NCBI RefSeq assembly: GCF_009914755.1
Contig: NC_060934.1
Length of the DNA: 64,000 nt
Strand: one strand, 5' to 3'
Source: the human T2T-CHM13v2.0 reference genome, Homo sapiens
Below, one piece after another: positions 16,185-30,080 of this stretch (the stretch's first letter is position 1; each line of letters begins with the position of its first letter). Position numbers and translations under genes: made by a program. The notes below the pieces were generated by a model. The model was not told the DNA's origin. It searched no databases and saw only the letters and a program-made list of their open reading frames with translations.

Positions 16185-17308
16185 CCACTGTGATTTAAAT
16201 GGATTTATTATAATGTATGAACAACTTCGTTTTAAAAGATCCCAGGAGACTCATCATATTAAAATATGTATCGTCTGGAAAGCAAAAATAAAAAGTTAAA
16301 AGATTAGACACAAAGAAATTCAGTTGTATCTTAACTCTGTGCTGTTAGTGTTACTACAATCAAGCTGTAAACATAAATCTCACCCTCAAGGTCAACGAGG
16401 CCAGAAAAGTTCATTCATTCCTGATAAGATGAATAAATATTTATTGAGTGTATATGTCGGTCTCAAATGACAGAAAGATAAAGGATAAAACAGACACTTA
16501 AAAGAGACTTCTATTGTAATAAATGTCATAAGGGAAGGCTAAATAGGGAGGGGTATTTCTTAGCTTGGGTATCCACAATTCCAGATTCTGTTTGGAAAGA
16601 GAATTTTTCATGCAGCCACTAAATTCTTCAAAGACATGAACATGTGTGACACATTCAGTGGCAGAGTGGACAATACCTTCAATTCTGGTTTTGCTGAAGG
16701 AATGGAAACTTTCTCCCCAAAGCCAATCTTTATAGCAATAAAAGCTGATTGTTTAATATTATATGATTACTTAGGAAAGAATATTTTTATAGAAACTAAA
16801 CTTATTCATTTACTAAGGAAGTATGGCTCTGTTGGAACCACCACTTCTCCAAAGTGCTCAGGTATTATCACAGGGAGTAAATAGGAAGAGGGAGTTCTAA
16901 TAGCTGGGAGGGTCAGGGAATGTCCTTTGTTGAGAAGGAAGTCCTCTGTTTGAATTGACACAGTAGGAAAAGAAAATGTTCCTTTAAAGCTGAAGCTTAA
17001 CCAGGATTGACACATTGGATTCAGGAGGTCAATGAACCGTCTGCAAGTGTGTACCACAGTCTGTGTGTTTGTATATATTGTTATTTTCTCTATGTAAGGT
17101 GTTTGTGTCTTTAATGAGATTCTTAAAGGGGTTATATGACACTAAGGAGATTTTATACCATTGTTCCTAAGAATTCCACCTTTAATCCCTTGAAGTTGAG
17201 CCCTCCTCTCCTTTTAAAAGAGTTCAACCGAAAGCCTCCATCTCCTCCTTCTACTCATTGTTCCCTTCTCGTTCCAAGAATACATTTCTGATTGAAAGAC
17301 AAGAGATG

Positions 17309-17612
17309 GGCCAGGTGCGGTGGCTCACACCTGTAATCCCAGCACTTTGGTAGGCTGAGGCAGGCAGATCACTTGAGATCAGGAGGTCGAGACTAGCCTG
17401 GTCAACGTGGAAAAACCTGTCTCTACTAAAAATACAAAAGTTAGCTGCACGTGGTGGCACACAACTGTAATCCCAGCTACTCAGGAGGCTGAGGCACGAG
17501 AATCGCTGGAACCCAGGAGGCAGAGTTTGCAGTGAGCTGAGATCACGCCAGTGTACTCTAGCCTGGGCAAAAGAGAGATACTCTGTCTGAAAAAAAAAAG
17601 AAAGAAAGAAAA
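17309..17612 (+). mobile_element. AluS
   Basis: TSD gaaagacaagaga at 17294-17306 and 17614-17626. Confidence 0.92.
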
Positions 17613-18282
17613 CGAAAGACAAGAGACGGCAATTGGGACAAAGTTAGTTTTGAAATTTGTCTCTGGTCATTTTTATTAATATGCAAAAGCCTTTCTTTAG
17701 TGACTTTTCTTTTGTGCCATTTGAATTATCATAGTATCTACCTTCAACAGTCCTAAATGGTAGAACTTTATAACAAAGAAATGAAAAACAGCAGTTTGCT
17801 ACTAAAAGAATTCCATTTTGTGCTGTTTGTGTTCCTTCATAAGCTTCGGGTGACAGAGGTCAACATGAAGCAACATCCCCAAAGGAATACATTTCTCAGA
17901 GATTCTTGGAGAAAGATCATTGGTGCTTCGTTTAACATGTAAATGTCTACAAGGTGGTTTGGGATTTGTTTCTCTTTCTATTATCCTTCTGGATGTTGTA
18001 CATTTTTACATTTTAATGTTTTGAACTTCATTGTATTCAACCACCAGAAAGTAGAGGCAGATATTTTGCATGTGTATAAAATTTCCGTTGAAAGTAACCA
18101 TTGGAATGATCAATGGGAATTAATCAGAAATGCAATTAATCAATTTTAACTTTCTAACCACCTGCATGTACGGTATCTTCTTTATACCTGATACCATAAT
18201 ACTTATTATGTGATTAAATACATTTTCATAATTCACCAAAATAAACTTAATCATACTTATCTTCTTTTTCTCCTTCCTGCAG

Positions 18283-18318
18283 AGAGACGGCCACAGAGTT
18301 AGCTGGGAGTCTACCAAG
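18283..18318 (+). ncRNA. Candidate 36-nt internal exon of a plus-strand transcript (probably lncRNA)
   Basis: cttaat branch point, cttatcttctttttctccttcctgcag| 36 nt |AAG gtgagc. Confidence 0.55.
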
Positions 18319-18996
18319 GTGAGCACGCTGGCTTTGCTTATTCTATGCCCGATTTCTTATATCCACAAAGAGAAGTACTGTGCCATGTCTTCTGTAAGAG
18401 GTCTTCTCATTTTGTCTTCCTCATGTCAGATTTTGATACCTCATACATCACCATGTAAATGCCAAAAATTATGCATGCGTCACATATACATGATGTAACC
18501 AGGAAGTAATGAGGCTCATGTTCATAAATGACTTAGATTATTCACATTCCTTTGAAGTCATATGGTATATTTGGAGATGTATATATGAGCTAGATATGCC
18601 ATAGAAATCATAAACATGCTGCTTCCTTTATTATGTTCACGGGAATTGGCAATCGAAAAACATATTGGATTGGTTTTTTCTTCAATGTATTCAGTATTCT
18701 TACTGTGTTCAGGGACTTAGAGATTTATGAAAGAATCCTGAGCTTCCCCTGAAGAGCTCACATCATAGTATTGATAGTATAAGTGCAGTGGAATTCTCAC
18801 TGTCATCAAAATAAATACTTAGTAATATTATATCATAGAAAGAAATTAATATGTAATTGATCATTGTGCTTTATATGTAATTTATCAATGTGTTTTATAT
18901 GTTTTTGATATTTATGTCAGTATATTAAATAAGACATGATTAACAGAATGCAAGCTCTAAATAACTAGCCATCAAGGATGATTACCAGCATTTAAT

Positions 18997-19185
18997 GGAA
19001 GGGAGGGAGAAATGGAGAAAAGAAGGAAGGAAGGAGGAAGGGAGGAAAGGAGAAGAGATGGGGGTAAGACTGGGGAGGCAAGAAGAAAGGAAGGAAGAAG
19101 GAAGAGAGGAAGGGAGGGAGAGGGGATGGGGGAGGGAAGACTGGGGAGGGAGGAAGAAACTTAGGAAGGGAGGGAGGAAGGGGCA
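18997..19185. repeat. GA-rich polypurine tract with G-runs
   Basis: G/A low complexity; several GGG(G) runs at 19110-19183. Confidence 0.9.
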
Positions 19186-19238
19186 ATAATTTAAGAGGTA
19201 TTTTGCTGGGCATTGAATGTATCTAGAATCTCTCCTGA

Positions 19239-19886
<648 letters not shown>

Positions 19887-19890
19887 ATGT

Positions 19891-20146
19891 CAGATGTTTC
19901 CAAAAGAGAGGAGAAATTTACTCATCTAAATGTGCAGAAGACATCAGGAGAGAGGGGAAGAGGACGGAGTCCCTGAGAAGGCAAGAGGGCACGGGATCCA
20001 GGGCACAGATGGGATCAGCTTGAGAGGAGAGCCCAGGCTTCTATTTGAACAAGGATGGACGCAGGAAAGGGGTGTGTGGATTCAGAGCAGTGTGTGGGAC
20101 TGGGGCCTCAGGGAGTCTTAGACATTCTACCTAAGCGTGGATGGGA
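19891..20146 (+). repeat. 256-bp dispersed duplicate (copy of 43228-43483)
   Basis: Ungapped manual alignment, ~32 mismatches in 256 nt (~87.5% identity). Confidence 0.95.
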
Positions 20147-20173
20147 TTACAGGCGTGAGCCCCCGCGCCTGGC
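20142..20173 (-). mobile_element. Orphan Alu 5'-end fragment
   Basis: tgggattacaggcgtgagcccccgcgcctggc. Confidence 0.85.
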
Positions 20174-21479
20174 TCGTGCCTTAGTTTTTGAAGGTACTCG
20201 ATAATCATGCGTGAATGTATTCATATGTCCTAGGATATTGCCTAGAAACTGTTGGAAGTAGAAATCAAGAGAATCTCAAGAACAGGAGAAGCAGAGTGAG
20301 CCCAATGTTGTCATGAACAGCACTGGAGAACAGGGGAAAGTACAAATTGTTGCCATCTGTTACCGGAGATAAGCACATTTGGTTGCTTTTTTTATGTAAA
20401 GAAAATCTTTGCTTATAGGATCAAGATTAATATTGCCAAAAAAAAACTGTTTACTGTGATCCAAATATTTAAATTACTGTAGGTCTTCATTCTTTGGATA
20501 ACGTCCCAAAGAAACATTTCCATCATGTGCCAGTTTTCAGGGTTAAAACTGTCCGAGTGTTCTGGTTTGTGTCTCCCCGCTAAAATTGTTTGTCTTTGTG
20601 CTTTCACTCTGGAAAAAGTCCACCCTGAAGACCTGAGCATCCCATCATGTGTGGGCAGAGAGATTGTTGTGTGTCTACCCACGTTTGGGCTGAGGAAGTC
20701 AATCCTGAAATAATGGAACGAGGAATGACTTCCAAACTTTTGTAGAGCAGCTAAGAAGCAGACCACCTCTATGTTGTCAGAAGATACCCACTCCGTGCTG
20801 TAATCACACAGATGAAAATGATTCAGATGTCTGAGAAATCACCATCGGCACCCGGAATTCTATTAAGTAGCGCTGTATTTTGAATACCAAGCAGCAACGC
20901 GTATATTCCCCAGGAATGATCTTTTGTAGCTGGTTTATTACTCAAGGGAGAGGCTGCTCTCTTCTTAGGTTTGGTGGGTGGTATTTCGGTAATAAGCCTA
21001 CTTATTTTTCTTCAGGAATTTTTGTTATTCTCATGTCGAATCATGTTGAAAATAAACAACATGCCGACATTCCCATTCTAACTGCAATTTGCAATCACTG
21101 TACTGCCTGGCGATAAAGGAGTGAGAAGTAATATATCAGTGATTTCTCAATCGTACTTCTAATGTAGCTTCAGGTATTCTTTCGACTTCTCCAGGGGGAG
21201 TTTGAGACATAGCCATTGACAAATATTTCCCTTCCCCACATTAACATGAAATCATGTAATGATTTGATGATGAATCCTCCCCTTGTGTCCAGCTTATTTC
21301 TTTTGCTAGTGTTTGTTTGTTTGTACAGTCTCGTAGAATTCCATCAGTTGTTCCAGCTTTCAGCCTTTTTTCAGATTTCTTCAGCCTGTCACGGGGAAAG
21401 TACAAATTAGCCCCGAAATACCTCGGTGCTGTGGAAAACAAGGCACCTGTAGTTATTTTGTTTGTTTGTAGGCTAATGA

Positions 21480-21900
21480 TTAGTGGAACATGACACTTCG
21501 AGTTTTTTCTGCACTTAGTCATAAAGGTGCGCTTACGCTGTGACGTCTAGGAAAAATGGAAAAATGCAACTCAGGCAACTGCCAACTAGTGATATGTGGC
21601 TGGGAAGGAAGACGGTGGCATTTGAGAACAGTTTTATGGTTTGGTTTTCATTGGCTATGACTGTCTTGAAATGTTCCGAAAGACCATTTACACGGGTTGC
21701 ATAAGGGTGGAGTATTTCCACCGTAATTACCTTACGTGGTACTAATTTAAAGCACTCCGGCCACTGGTGGATAATATTCTGTGAAAATGTGCGCATGCTG
21801 TAGCAGTGGATTGCGTCTGGGTAGTTAAAAATGCTTTGAAGTCGAAATGAGATATGTGCCCAAGGTGCTTGAACAGGCAGGCGCTAAGTTTGTTTTTCAT
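21480..21900. promoter_or_regulatory. Candidate germline (spermatocyte-type) promoter core
   Basis: TGACGTCT CRE-like (21541-21548), CAACTGCCA MYB/A-MYB (21576-21584), TGCGCATGC NRF1-like (21790-21798), all inside a CpG-retaining AT-rich domain; minus-strand donor AAG|gtaatt at 21730-21725. Confidence 0.45.
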
Positions 21901-22368
21901 TGCTAATGATAACCTAAATGTGTTTTTGAATTCTTGCCATTGCTGAAATTAAAGCCTGGTAGTAATAAGTCACCAGAAAAAAATTAGATTATATGAGCAA
22001 CATGCACTAAGCATTGAAATTATATTATAAATATTAAAACCAATGATCTTGTTAGGATTAAAACAAATATTTAAACTGGCTACACGTACTATCCATGCCG
22101 ATCTCTTTATGTTGAAGTGTCCCGGAAACGGGATGTATGGAACCATTTTTTGAACTATGAAAACAATCATTTTCAATCTTATAAATGACTCCTTGCTTTT
22201 ATTTTTGCTTGTAGCAAAGGACAATTTAGCAATCTGAGCAGTTGTTTTCCCCGTTACAATCATGTTTTTCAAGATCTGGTTTTTAGGATGAAGGGTGTTG
22301 CGTTTCGGTAGATGTGTTTTAAATAAATCATGGTGAAACCCCACTTGTTCAAATGGAATGAGGTTTCA

Positions 22369-22725
<357 letters not shown>

Positions 22726-24484
22726 TTAACAGAGTCCACTGTTTTTCAACATAAACTAAACAGTTTAGAAAATGAAGGGATATAATAGACCTTAACAGAA
22801 GTATCTTAAGTACTGCAGTAGAGATTCATATGTTGATTCTTAAACACAGCACCGAAAAGTCAGGATGTTCTTTGAGGACCACGAAGTATTCGTAAATGAA
22901 GCTTAAAATAATTCGGTATATAAATCAGATGTCATCTTGTACTGGATTTTAGTATAAACCAGTGAAAGCAGGGGCCAACAGTTAAAGAAGTTACGAAAGA
23001 AAAATTTAGACTTTTCTCTTGTATATTAATCCAGTAACTTGATCGCTTTTTTTTTTTTTTTTTTTTTTTTGCCTTCTGTGAGAGGGTTAGGAAACATAAT
23101 TCAATCTAAGCAATTGGGGAACCCCCAATACCTAGAACACTGGCGTATACCATAGGATTACTGTCTGAGAGCCGCTACCAAGAAGACGGAAATGCCTGGT
23201 TTGTGTGACTGTCAGAGACAAAAGCCGTTATATGCCGTTTTGCGTGTGAAATTCTGGTCTTAAGTCATAGATCTTTGTTATCTAAAATTTGAACCGAACA
23301 GATTCCATTTAAAGGACGAGAGAGACTTACCTCTCCAGCTGACAATATTTCTCAGTCATGGATGTGACAGATCAGGTAGCAATAGGCAGAAACGGTGGAA
23401 GCAAAGATAATTCAGATCATCTCTGAGAGCTCACCTTTCTACATGGAGGGCTTTGATAGGAAACATAACCTCCTATTTCTCACTGTCCTCAGTACGCAAT
23501 GCCATTTTCTGAAAGACTTTCGAAAATTAAGAGATAAATATGCTGGTACTTCCAGGCCAACCTCTTACTGAGTCATCTAGAGCCGATGGATGGACACTTC
23601 CTGTCTTCTTTATAATCCCTAGGAAGCAGCAGCTCCCCCAGCTCTCCTGGGGCCCATGCCTGGTGCTATTCAGTATTGACACAGTTCATCCTCTATCGTT
23701 AATTCAACCAGGGTACAGCATGCACTAAGTATATGCCAAGCATGGTTGTCAGCTTGGCATACACTTAGTGCGTGCTGTACCTTGGTTGTGGGAGAAAACA
23801 GACGGACACCATCTCTTCTCTGAAGTGGTTCAGTGGCATGAAGAAGGTACCGATCATCCCAGTGCTATGGGAAAGTGTTTAACCCATAAGAGAACTAGGG
23901 AAACACTGAAGCAAACACAAAACCCAAGGGATTTCAGCAGCGAGATGGGCTAGTTCTGATCAGAGGCAGTAAGGACATCATCCCGAACCAACCTTCTGAG
24001 CAGGACTGGAGCGAGTGGGTCAGAGTGGGTAAGTACAGGCCAGGGGATAGCCCACAGAGTCCCCAGACCTTGCCACCCTCCAAACCGTCTTCTTTCAGAT
24101 TCACTGCTTGACTCAAAATATGAAACAAACCCTCTGGCCTAAGTGACTGGTTTCCATACCTTTCACAACCCAACTTTCTACTCCCAGCGCCCAACCATCA
24201 TACAGCACCCAGACTCTGCGATCACAGCTGCAGATGGTGAGGTGTGTTCTCTCTTCCTCCCTGCCCCAGCCCCTACCTCCTCACCTTTTCTAATGCATCT
24301 ACCACTCATAGCCTGTGACTGAGTTCTTTCCTGCACAAACCTTTCCCTTACAATGTCCTTCTTTATTATTTTTCTCAGGTTGAATCCATTGAAAAGCCTC
24401 GGTAGTTACAGCAGGCTAAAAATGCAGGTTGAGTTTGTAGTTATGGTTCAAGAGGTCAGAGAAGGCCCAGGGTGAATTCAGAGC

Positions 24485-24866
24485 CTCTATGGTCTGAATG
24501 TGTCCCCCACAATTCATGTGCTGGAAACCTACTCCTCAATGTGACTCTGGGGAGGTGAGAATGAATGGGAGGTGGTGAGGTCATGAGGGCTCTGATGTCA
24601 TGAGCGGATCAATGCCACCGTAAAAAGGGCTTGTGGGGGCAGATTCACTCCTTTTCTCGCTCTTCTGCCATGTGAGGACCCAATGTTTGTCTTCTCTTGC
24701 TCTTCTGCTGTCTGCCATGTGAGGACACCGTAAGAAGGCTCACACGGATGTTGGTGTTTTGAGCTTGAAATTCCCAGCCTCCAGAACTCTGAGAAATGAA
24801 TCTCTGTTCTTTGTCAATTACTCAGTCTGTGTGATTCTGTTATAACAGCACAAAACGGACTACAGC
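24485..24866 (+). mobile_element. MaLR solo LTR (MST-type)
   Basis: ctatggtctgaatgtgtccccca...ggtcatgagggctctg...cccagcctccagaactctgagaaa...gttataacagcacaaaacggacta. Confidence 0.85.
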
Positions 24867-25169
24867 CAGCACCCTGGTACACCGTCTGCCATCTTCATCA
24901 TGTTGATAAGGCGCACCTCATGCTCACAGCAACTCCAGCCGTCACGTGGGGACCATGTCCATCTTCTTCCATGGGACTGTTTTTTAGGGGAGGAATCCCT
25001 TTTCCATGCCTGATCCCTTAGGGAGGGGACATTGGGTTTCTGGTATTCTCAGCCTTTGTAATGGGAGGCCTGTTCTGTCAGCAAGGAGAAAGGTAGGAGT
25101 CGGGGTAAGGGGAGAATGGATTGTAAGTACTTAAAGAATGGCATCCATGCCAGGTAGGTGCTTTTCTTC

Positions 25170-26620
25170 TTCTTCTCCATCTGGGTAAATCCAGTGGCCA
25201 TTTAGCTGTGATCTTAATTAGTCCCTCAGCTGCATTCAACCTAGGGACAACTTCCTCCTCCATGAAGTGCTCTCTTCATTGTAGAGACATCAAGCCCTCC
25301 AGGTTTCCCTCCTCTCTTGCTGGCCATTCTTCATCAGTCTTCTGTTACTCCTTGCCAGCTTGACTGGCCTCTGCAGGTTGAGGTGCCCCAGGGCGCCCTG
25401 GGCATTGCTCCATTCCCCTGTGGGGAGGAGTGGAGAGAGATTTCATCCAGCTCCATGATTTTAAAGATCATCTTTATGCAGATGGTTCTCATTCATATAT
25501 CTCCAGCCCTGACTTCTTCCTTGAGCTTCACAGCTGAATATCCAGCTGCTAATGTGACTCTCTATGTGGAAGCATAAACTTAAACTTAATGTGGCCAGAA
25601 AAGAACTCTTGAACCCTACCTCAGCCCACCTTATCATCATATACCCAACACTCAAAGGAGAACCTAGTGACATTAAAAAAAAAAAAAAAAAAAAACACCT
25701 TTTTCTGTTCTCAGACTTAGCAGATAACTTGTTGGCTCAACCTCCAAAATGTATCTTTATTTATTTATTTTTTTTGAAATGGGTCTCACTCTGTTGCCAA
25801 GATGAAAGTTCAGTGGCATGATCATAGCACACTGCAGCCTCGAACTCCTGGGCTCAAGTGATCCTCCTGCCTCAGACTCCCAAGTAGCTGGGACTACAGG
25901 TGTACATCAGCACACTGGGCTAATTTTGAACATTTTTTGTGGAGATGGAGTCTTGGTATGTTACCCAAGCTGGTCTCAAACTCTGGGCCTCAAGCAACTC
26001 TCCCACCTTGGCTTCCTAAAATGCTGGGATTACAGGCGTGAGGTACCATGCCCAACCTAAAATTTATCTTCACTTTGTCTACTTTCTCTCTCTCTTTCCA
26101 AGCCACCATAAACTCCCACCTGAACTGTTAAATGGCCTTTGAATTGGTCCTTCCCACTTCCTCTTTTGCAATTCATTCTCTAGGTAGAAGTCCAAATGAT
26201 CTCTGAAAAGTCATCCATCAAAATATTGTTTTTTTCATAAAATCATGTAAGAGTTTCCTATTGCTTAGAATAAAATCAATGCAATGCACTTTGGTTCCAA
26301 GGGCTGCTTTCATCTACCTCTGCAGCCTCATCACCTGCTACTTTCTTTCTCATTTATTTTGCTTCTGACACACCGGCCTTTCTCCGCACTTACTTCCACA
26401 GAAAGTTCTCCTTTCACCACCCTATTAAGTAACCCCCCAACACACTTCCTATCACATCGCCATATTTATTGTCATCTATTTTTTATTTGTTGATTTATAA
26501 ATGATCTGTTCCCTTCCCCCTTAGCTCCAGAACAATGTCTCCCTTGCCTGTCCGGTTTATTCCTCCATTTGTAGGACCCTGAACAGAACTGGCAGTCAAT
26601 AAATGTTTGTTGAATGACTA
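25170..26620 (+). mobile_element. L2 3' portion, interrupted by an AluJ
   Basis: RT-region remnant tatgcagatg...tatatctccagccctgac...aaacttaatgtggcca; L2 tail caataaatgtttgttgaatga at ~26598-26617. Confidence 0.75.
25758..26057 (-). mobile_element. AluJ
   Basis: Reverse Alu; TSD aaaat(g/t)tatctt. Confidence 0.88.
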
Positions 26621-26765
26621 TATGAGCCCCCATTTCAGAGATAAGAAAACTGAGATCTGGTCTCCTACTCTTTGTATGTGTTCTTCCTTCTATTTGAAAG
26701 CCCAGTGTCATCTCTCTGCTCTTTTTCTCCCCTACCAAACTCTCTACCACTTGTTCTTCTAGATC

Positions 26766-26982
26766 CGGATTTTGCAAACTACAGCCCACAGACGAAATCT
26801 AGATAGTGGCCTGTGCTTATAAATATATATATATATGAACACAGCCATAACATCTATTTATGTGTTGTCTGTACCATTTTTGTGCTACAACATCACAGTT
26901 GAGTAGCTGTGGCAGAGACGGTATAGCCCCCAAACTGAAAATATTTACTGTTTACTTTTATAGAAAGGTTTGCTGACCACTG
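26766..26982 (+). mobile_element. MER58A (hAT-Charlie)
   Basis: gcaaactacagccc...gaacacagcca...gttgagtagctgtggcagagac...aaaatatttact...gtttgctgaccactg. Confidence 0.82.
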
Positions 26983-27129
26983 TTCTATACACATCCTAGG
27001 TTTCTTTGATACCTTCTCTGCCCTGAAGAGATTTATGTTCCTTCTGTTGGTTCCCAAAGACCCCAGTTTTAACCCCTATCCTAGCATCTGTGTCATCCAA
27101 TAATATAATTGACTAGAGGACTTTTACAC

Positions 27130-27330
27130 CTTCTCCGCTAAGTAGGAAACACACTAAAATCCTATTACTATTTGTTGTTTGTCCCCAGTGCCTAGCAGTG
27201 CCTGGAACATAGTAGGCACGAATAAATATTTGCATAAGTGTTTGACCGTCTGAATAGATGTTTAAATGAATTAATAAGTGTTTGAATGGATTAATAAATG
27301 TTTAAATCAATGAATAAATATTTGAATTGG
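27130..27330 (+). mobile_element. L2 3' end with amplified tail
   Basis: tccccagtgcctagcagtgcctggaacatagtaggcacgaataaatatttg followed by degenerate 20-bp repeats. Confidence 0.75.
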
Positions 27331-27539
27331 GAAGGGAAGGAGGAAGGATTGAGGAAGCCTTCTCCTAAAGAACCAGGGGTAGACAAGATGTATGATTTCT
27401 GCCTTCTCTCACCCTTCTCACTCTTCTCACTGCTCCGTAGACTTGGGCACCTGGAAAAATTCATTTAATTGGCTGGAAAGTTATTAACCTAAATTTGGCT
27501 GTTGCTGTTGAGGCCATGTTAACATGGAAGCTACGAGAT

Positions 27540-27755
27540 CAGTCTTTGGGCTCAGAAATGCTTGAATCTTGTGTCTGCCATTCCTTAATCATGTGGACTT
27601 AAGTTATTATGTTATTATCTCTGCCTCAGTTTTTCATTTATAACATTGGAAGAATTATCACACCCATCTCATAGTATCACTGTGTGGAGATAACCCATGT
27701 AAAGTATTTAGCTCAATGCCTGCCACACAGCAATCAATAGGTGGTAGCTGTTATC
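27540..27755 (+). mobile_element. MIR
   Basis: ctctgcctcagtttt...gagataacccatgtaaagtatttagc. Confidence 0.7.
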
Positions 27756-27849
27756 TTAGTTCACTGAAAGAGAGGATTATGCTAATTATTTTACCAATGC
27801 TTAGGTGTGTTCATGTCTAAGAGAAGATACCATATTACATTATAAGGAG

Positions 27850-28065
27850 CAGCCCAGCGAAGTGATTCAGTGCATATGATCTAGAGCCAAACTCCGGCTT
27901 GTGTTAAAAATCCCAGTTCAGCCACTTACTTGTTCTTTGACCTTGTGCAAGTTTCTTCACCTCTGTCTGCCTCAGTTTCTTCATCTGTAAAATGGGTAAT
28001 AATAGGGCCAGCTGTTCTGACAAGTAAGTGAAATGATACCCGTAAAGTGCTTAAAACAGTGTTTG
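27850..28065 (+). mobile_element. MIR
   Basis: aatcccagttcagccacttact...ctcagtttcttcatctgtaaaatgggtaataatag. Confidence 0.8.
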
Positions 28066-29875
28066 CTCTTTATCTTATTATAAGGAAATTAAAGTTGCAT
28101 GTTAGTTGAAATTTGAGGTGGAGATGAGAGAGCATCAAGCCATCGGGCATATAACCCTCAAATTCAGAGTTTAATTATGCAGTGCCTAGATTGTTGCCTT
28201 GCTACGAGTTATTGCTGATGATTCAAAAGAGAATACCCAAAGCATTAAATGTAAAAGTCCCTTGACCTTGCTATAATACACGAAAATAACAATCACTTAA
28301 AGGAAGTATATATGCAAATACTGCCCGCCTATCACGGGCAGCTCCATCGCAAATGTGGTGTTCATTAATTCTCAAAATTCTTTATAGATGCGTATAAGAA
28401 TCCATAGTGACTGAATTAAATTACACTTGTTTTATAATATAGTGTTCTGATGTGTAGCAGACTATCAAAGGAATGATCTTTATGAGGAAAACTTTAGAAT
28501 ATTGTTAAGTTACTCACTGTGTGACCTATTTAGACTTCTCAGATTCTTCTTATGGTAGACTGCATAATTAAATTTTAAATGGAACATGATAAAGAAATTA
28601 TACTGGTGATCTCCAGAGATTTTGATACCCTATTTGGCTCTTTATAAGAGGATAGCAAAGACATACTTTAAAAATTAATAAAGCCCTGCCCTAATTTTTT
28701 TCCTTTTAGATTTTCCTTATCTGCTCTGTAATTCAAAGCTATGTTGCATGATCCACAAGTGTTTCCTGAAATAAATGATCAAAATAAAAATTCTTAAAAG
28801 CACATTTATCCCAATTTGAGAATTCCATTATTTGTGCATGAGAGCTTTTGTGCAGTAGTGGAACTTCTTTAAGATAAAGCCTGCCGTTTTCTGGATTTGT
28901 CGCCATAGAGAATTGGAGATTTATTCATTCTGTTTGTGGAAGCATTCATATCTTCAGAGTTTATAGAGCAAAGGGGTAGAAAATGGTTTCCACGTAAGAT
29001 ACAATTTTGCAGTTAGAATTCCTCATTTGCTATGTAAAAGTTGCTCGTCCCTTGGGTGAATAATTTTTTTCCATAACCTTTTGCCATTCATTTTCTCCTG
29101 TATTTAAAGGGGCATTTCCAAGATATAATAACATTCTATATTAAATACAATATTCTCATCTTTACTTAATAACTTTTGTAGTATAAAGCACACCCATGTT
29201 AGTTAAAAAGCCTTTCTTATTCCTCTAAAGGGTTTCAGATTTTGCTGTCCAATGAGCTTTGACAAAAACAAAACAGGTTGGAGAGTTTCTGTGCCTGCCC
29301 AAGGTTGATTTGCTTTTTATACCTTCTTAAATATTGGCTTCCACTGATGTTTGGGATTGTCGAGCTACCAAGAACACATAAATTAATAAAATTTATTCCC
29401 ATGTATACATAGATAGTTTTAAACCCTGTAAACCTTTCTTTTCGGATTAGGTTTTGTAAATGTTTCTATTATGTATTTTCCTTTTCCTTCTTTCTGGCGA
29501 ATACGCAGTTTTCCTTTTGGACTGAAACCACTCAAGCATCCTATATTGTGTTCATTTTTCAAATAAGCAACATTAGACTCACAAAACACTATATAAAACC
29601 AAGCTGAGGCAGTGACATGAGCCAGCAGAGAAAATAAATTCCCCATTAGGCCTGACTATTCATCCTTAAACCTCTGCTTGTTATGCTGGCTGGGGGTGGG
29701 GGGTGTAACTTTAAGGAATAATGCCAAGCTCCATAAAGGATTCTAAAGAGAAACTCATACTGGAAACATGATTATCCAGTGAGTAAGTGGAAACTCTATT
29801 TACCACCACAGTTATAGCATTTGAGACCCTCCCTCACCCAGATCCCAACCTGTGGAACTCAGGCTAGCATCGACA

Positions 29876-29893
29876 TAGTGACACCTGGTGGCC
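29876..29893 (-). promoter_or_regulatory. Candidate CTCF site
   Basis: Minus strand GGCCACCAGGTGTCACTA vs consensus GGCCASYAGRKGGCRSYA (one core mismatch). Confidence 0.4.
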
Positions 29894-30080
29894 CCTAATT
29901 CATCATTGGGCACCACGGCACCCCTTCCAAAGTAAAGAAAATTTATTTCCAAATTAGGCTTTCAACGTAATAGGTTTCTGCGTATGGTTTACAAGTTTTT
30001 AAAATACATACCTAATTAATAATGGAGATGCTTATGGACACCACAATGAAACCTTAAAATGAATCTCTTGATAATAGCAA

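Noticed and set aside
19930-20121. Paralogous 63-aa ORFs at 19930-20121 and 43267-43458, both intact
   Set aside because: By-product of the 256-bp duplication; 13 of 63 residues differ, roughly as expected for neutral divergence, and there is no gene context
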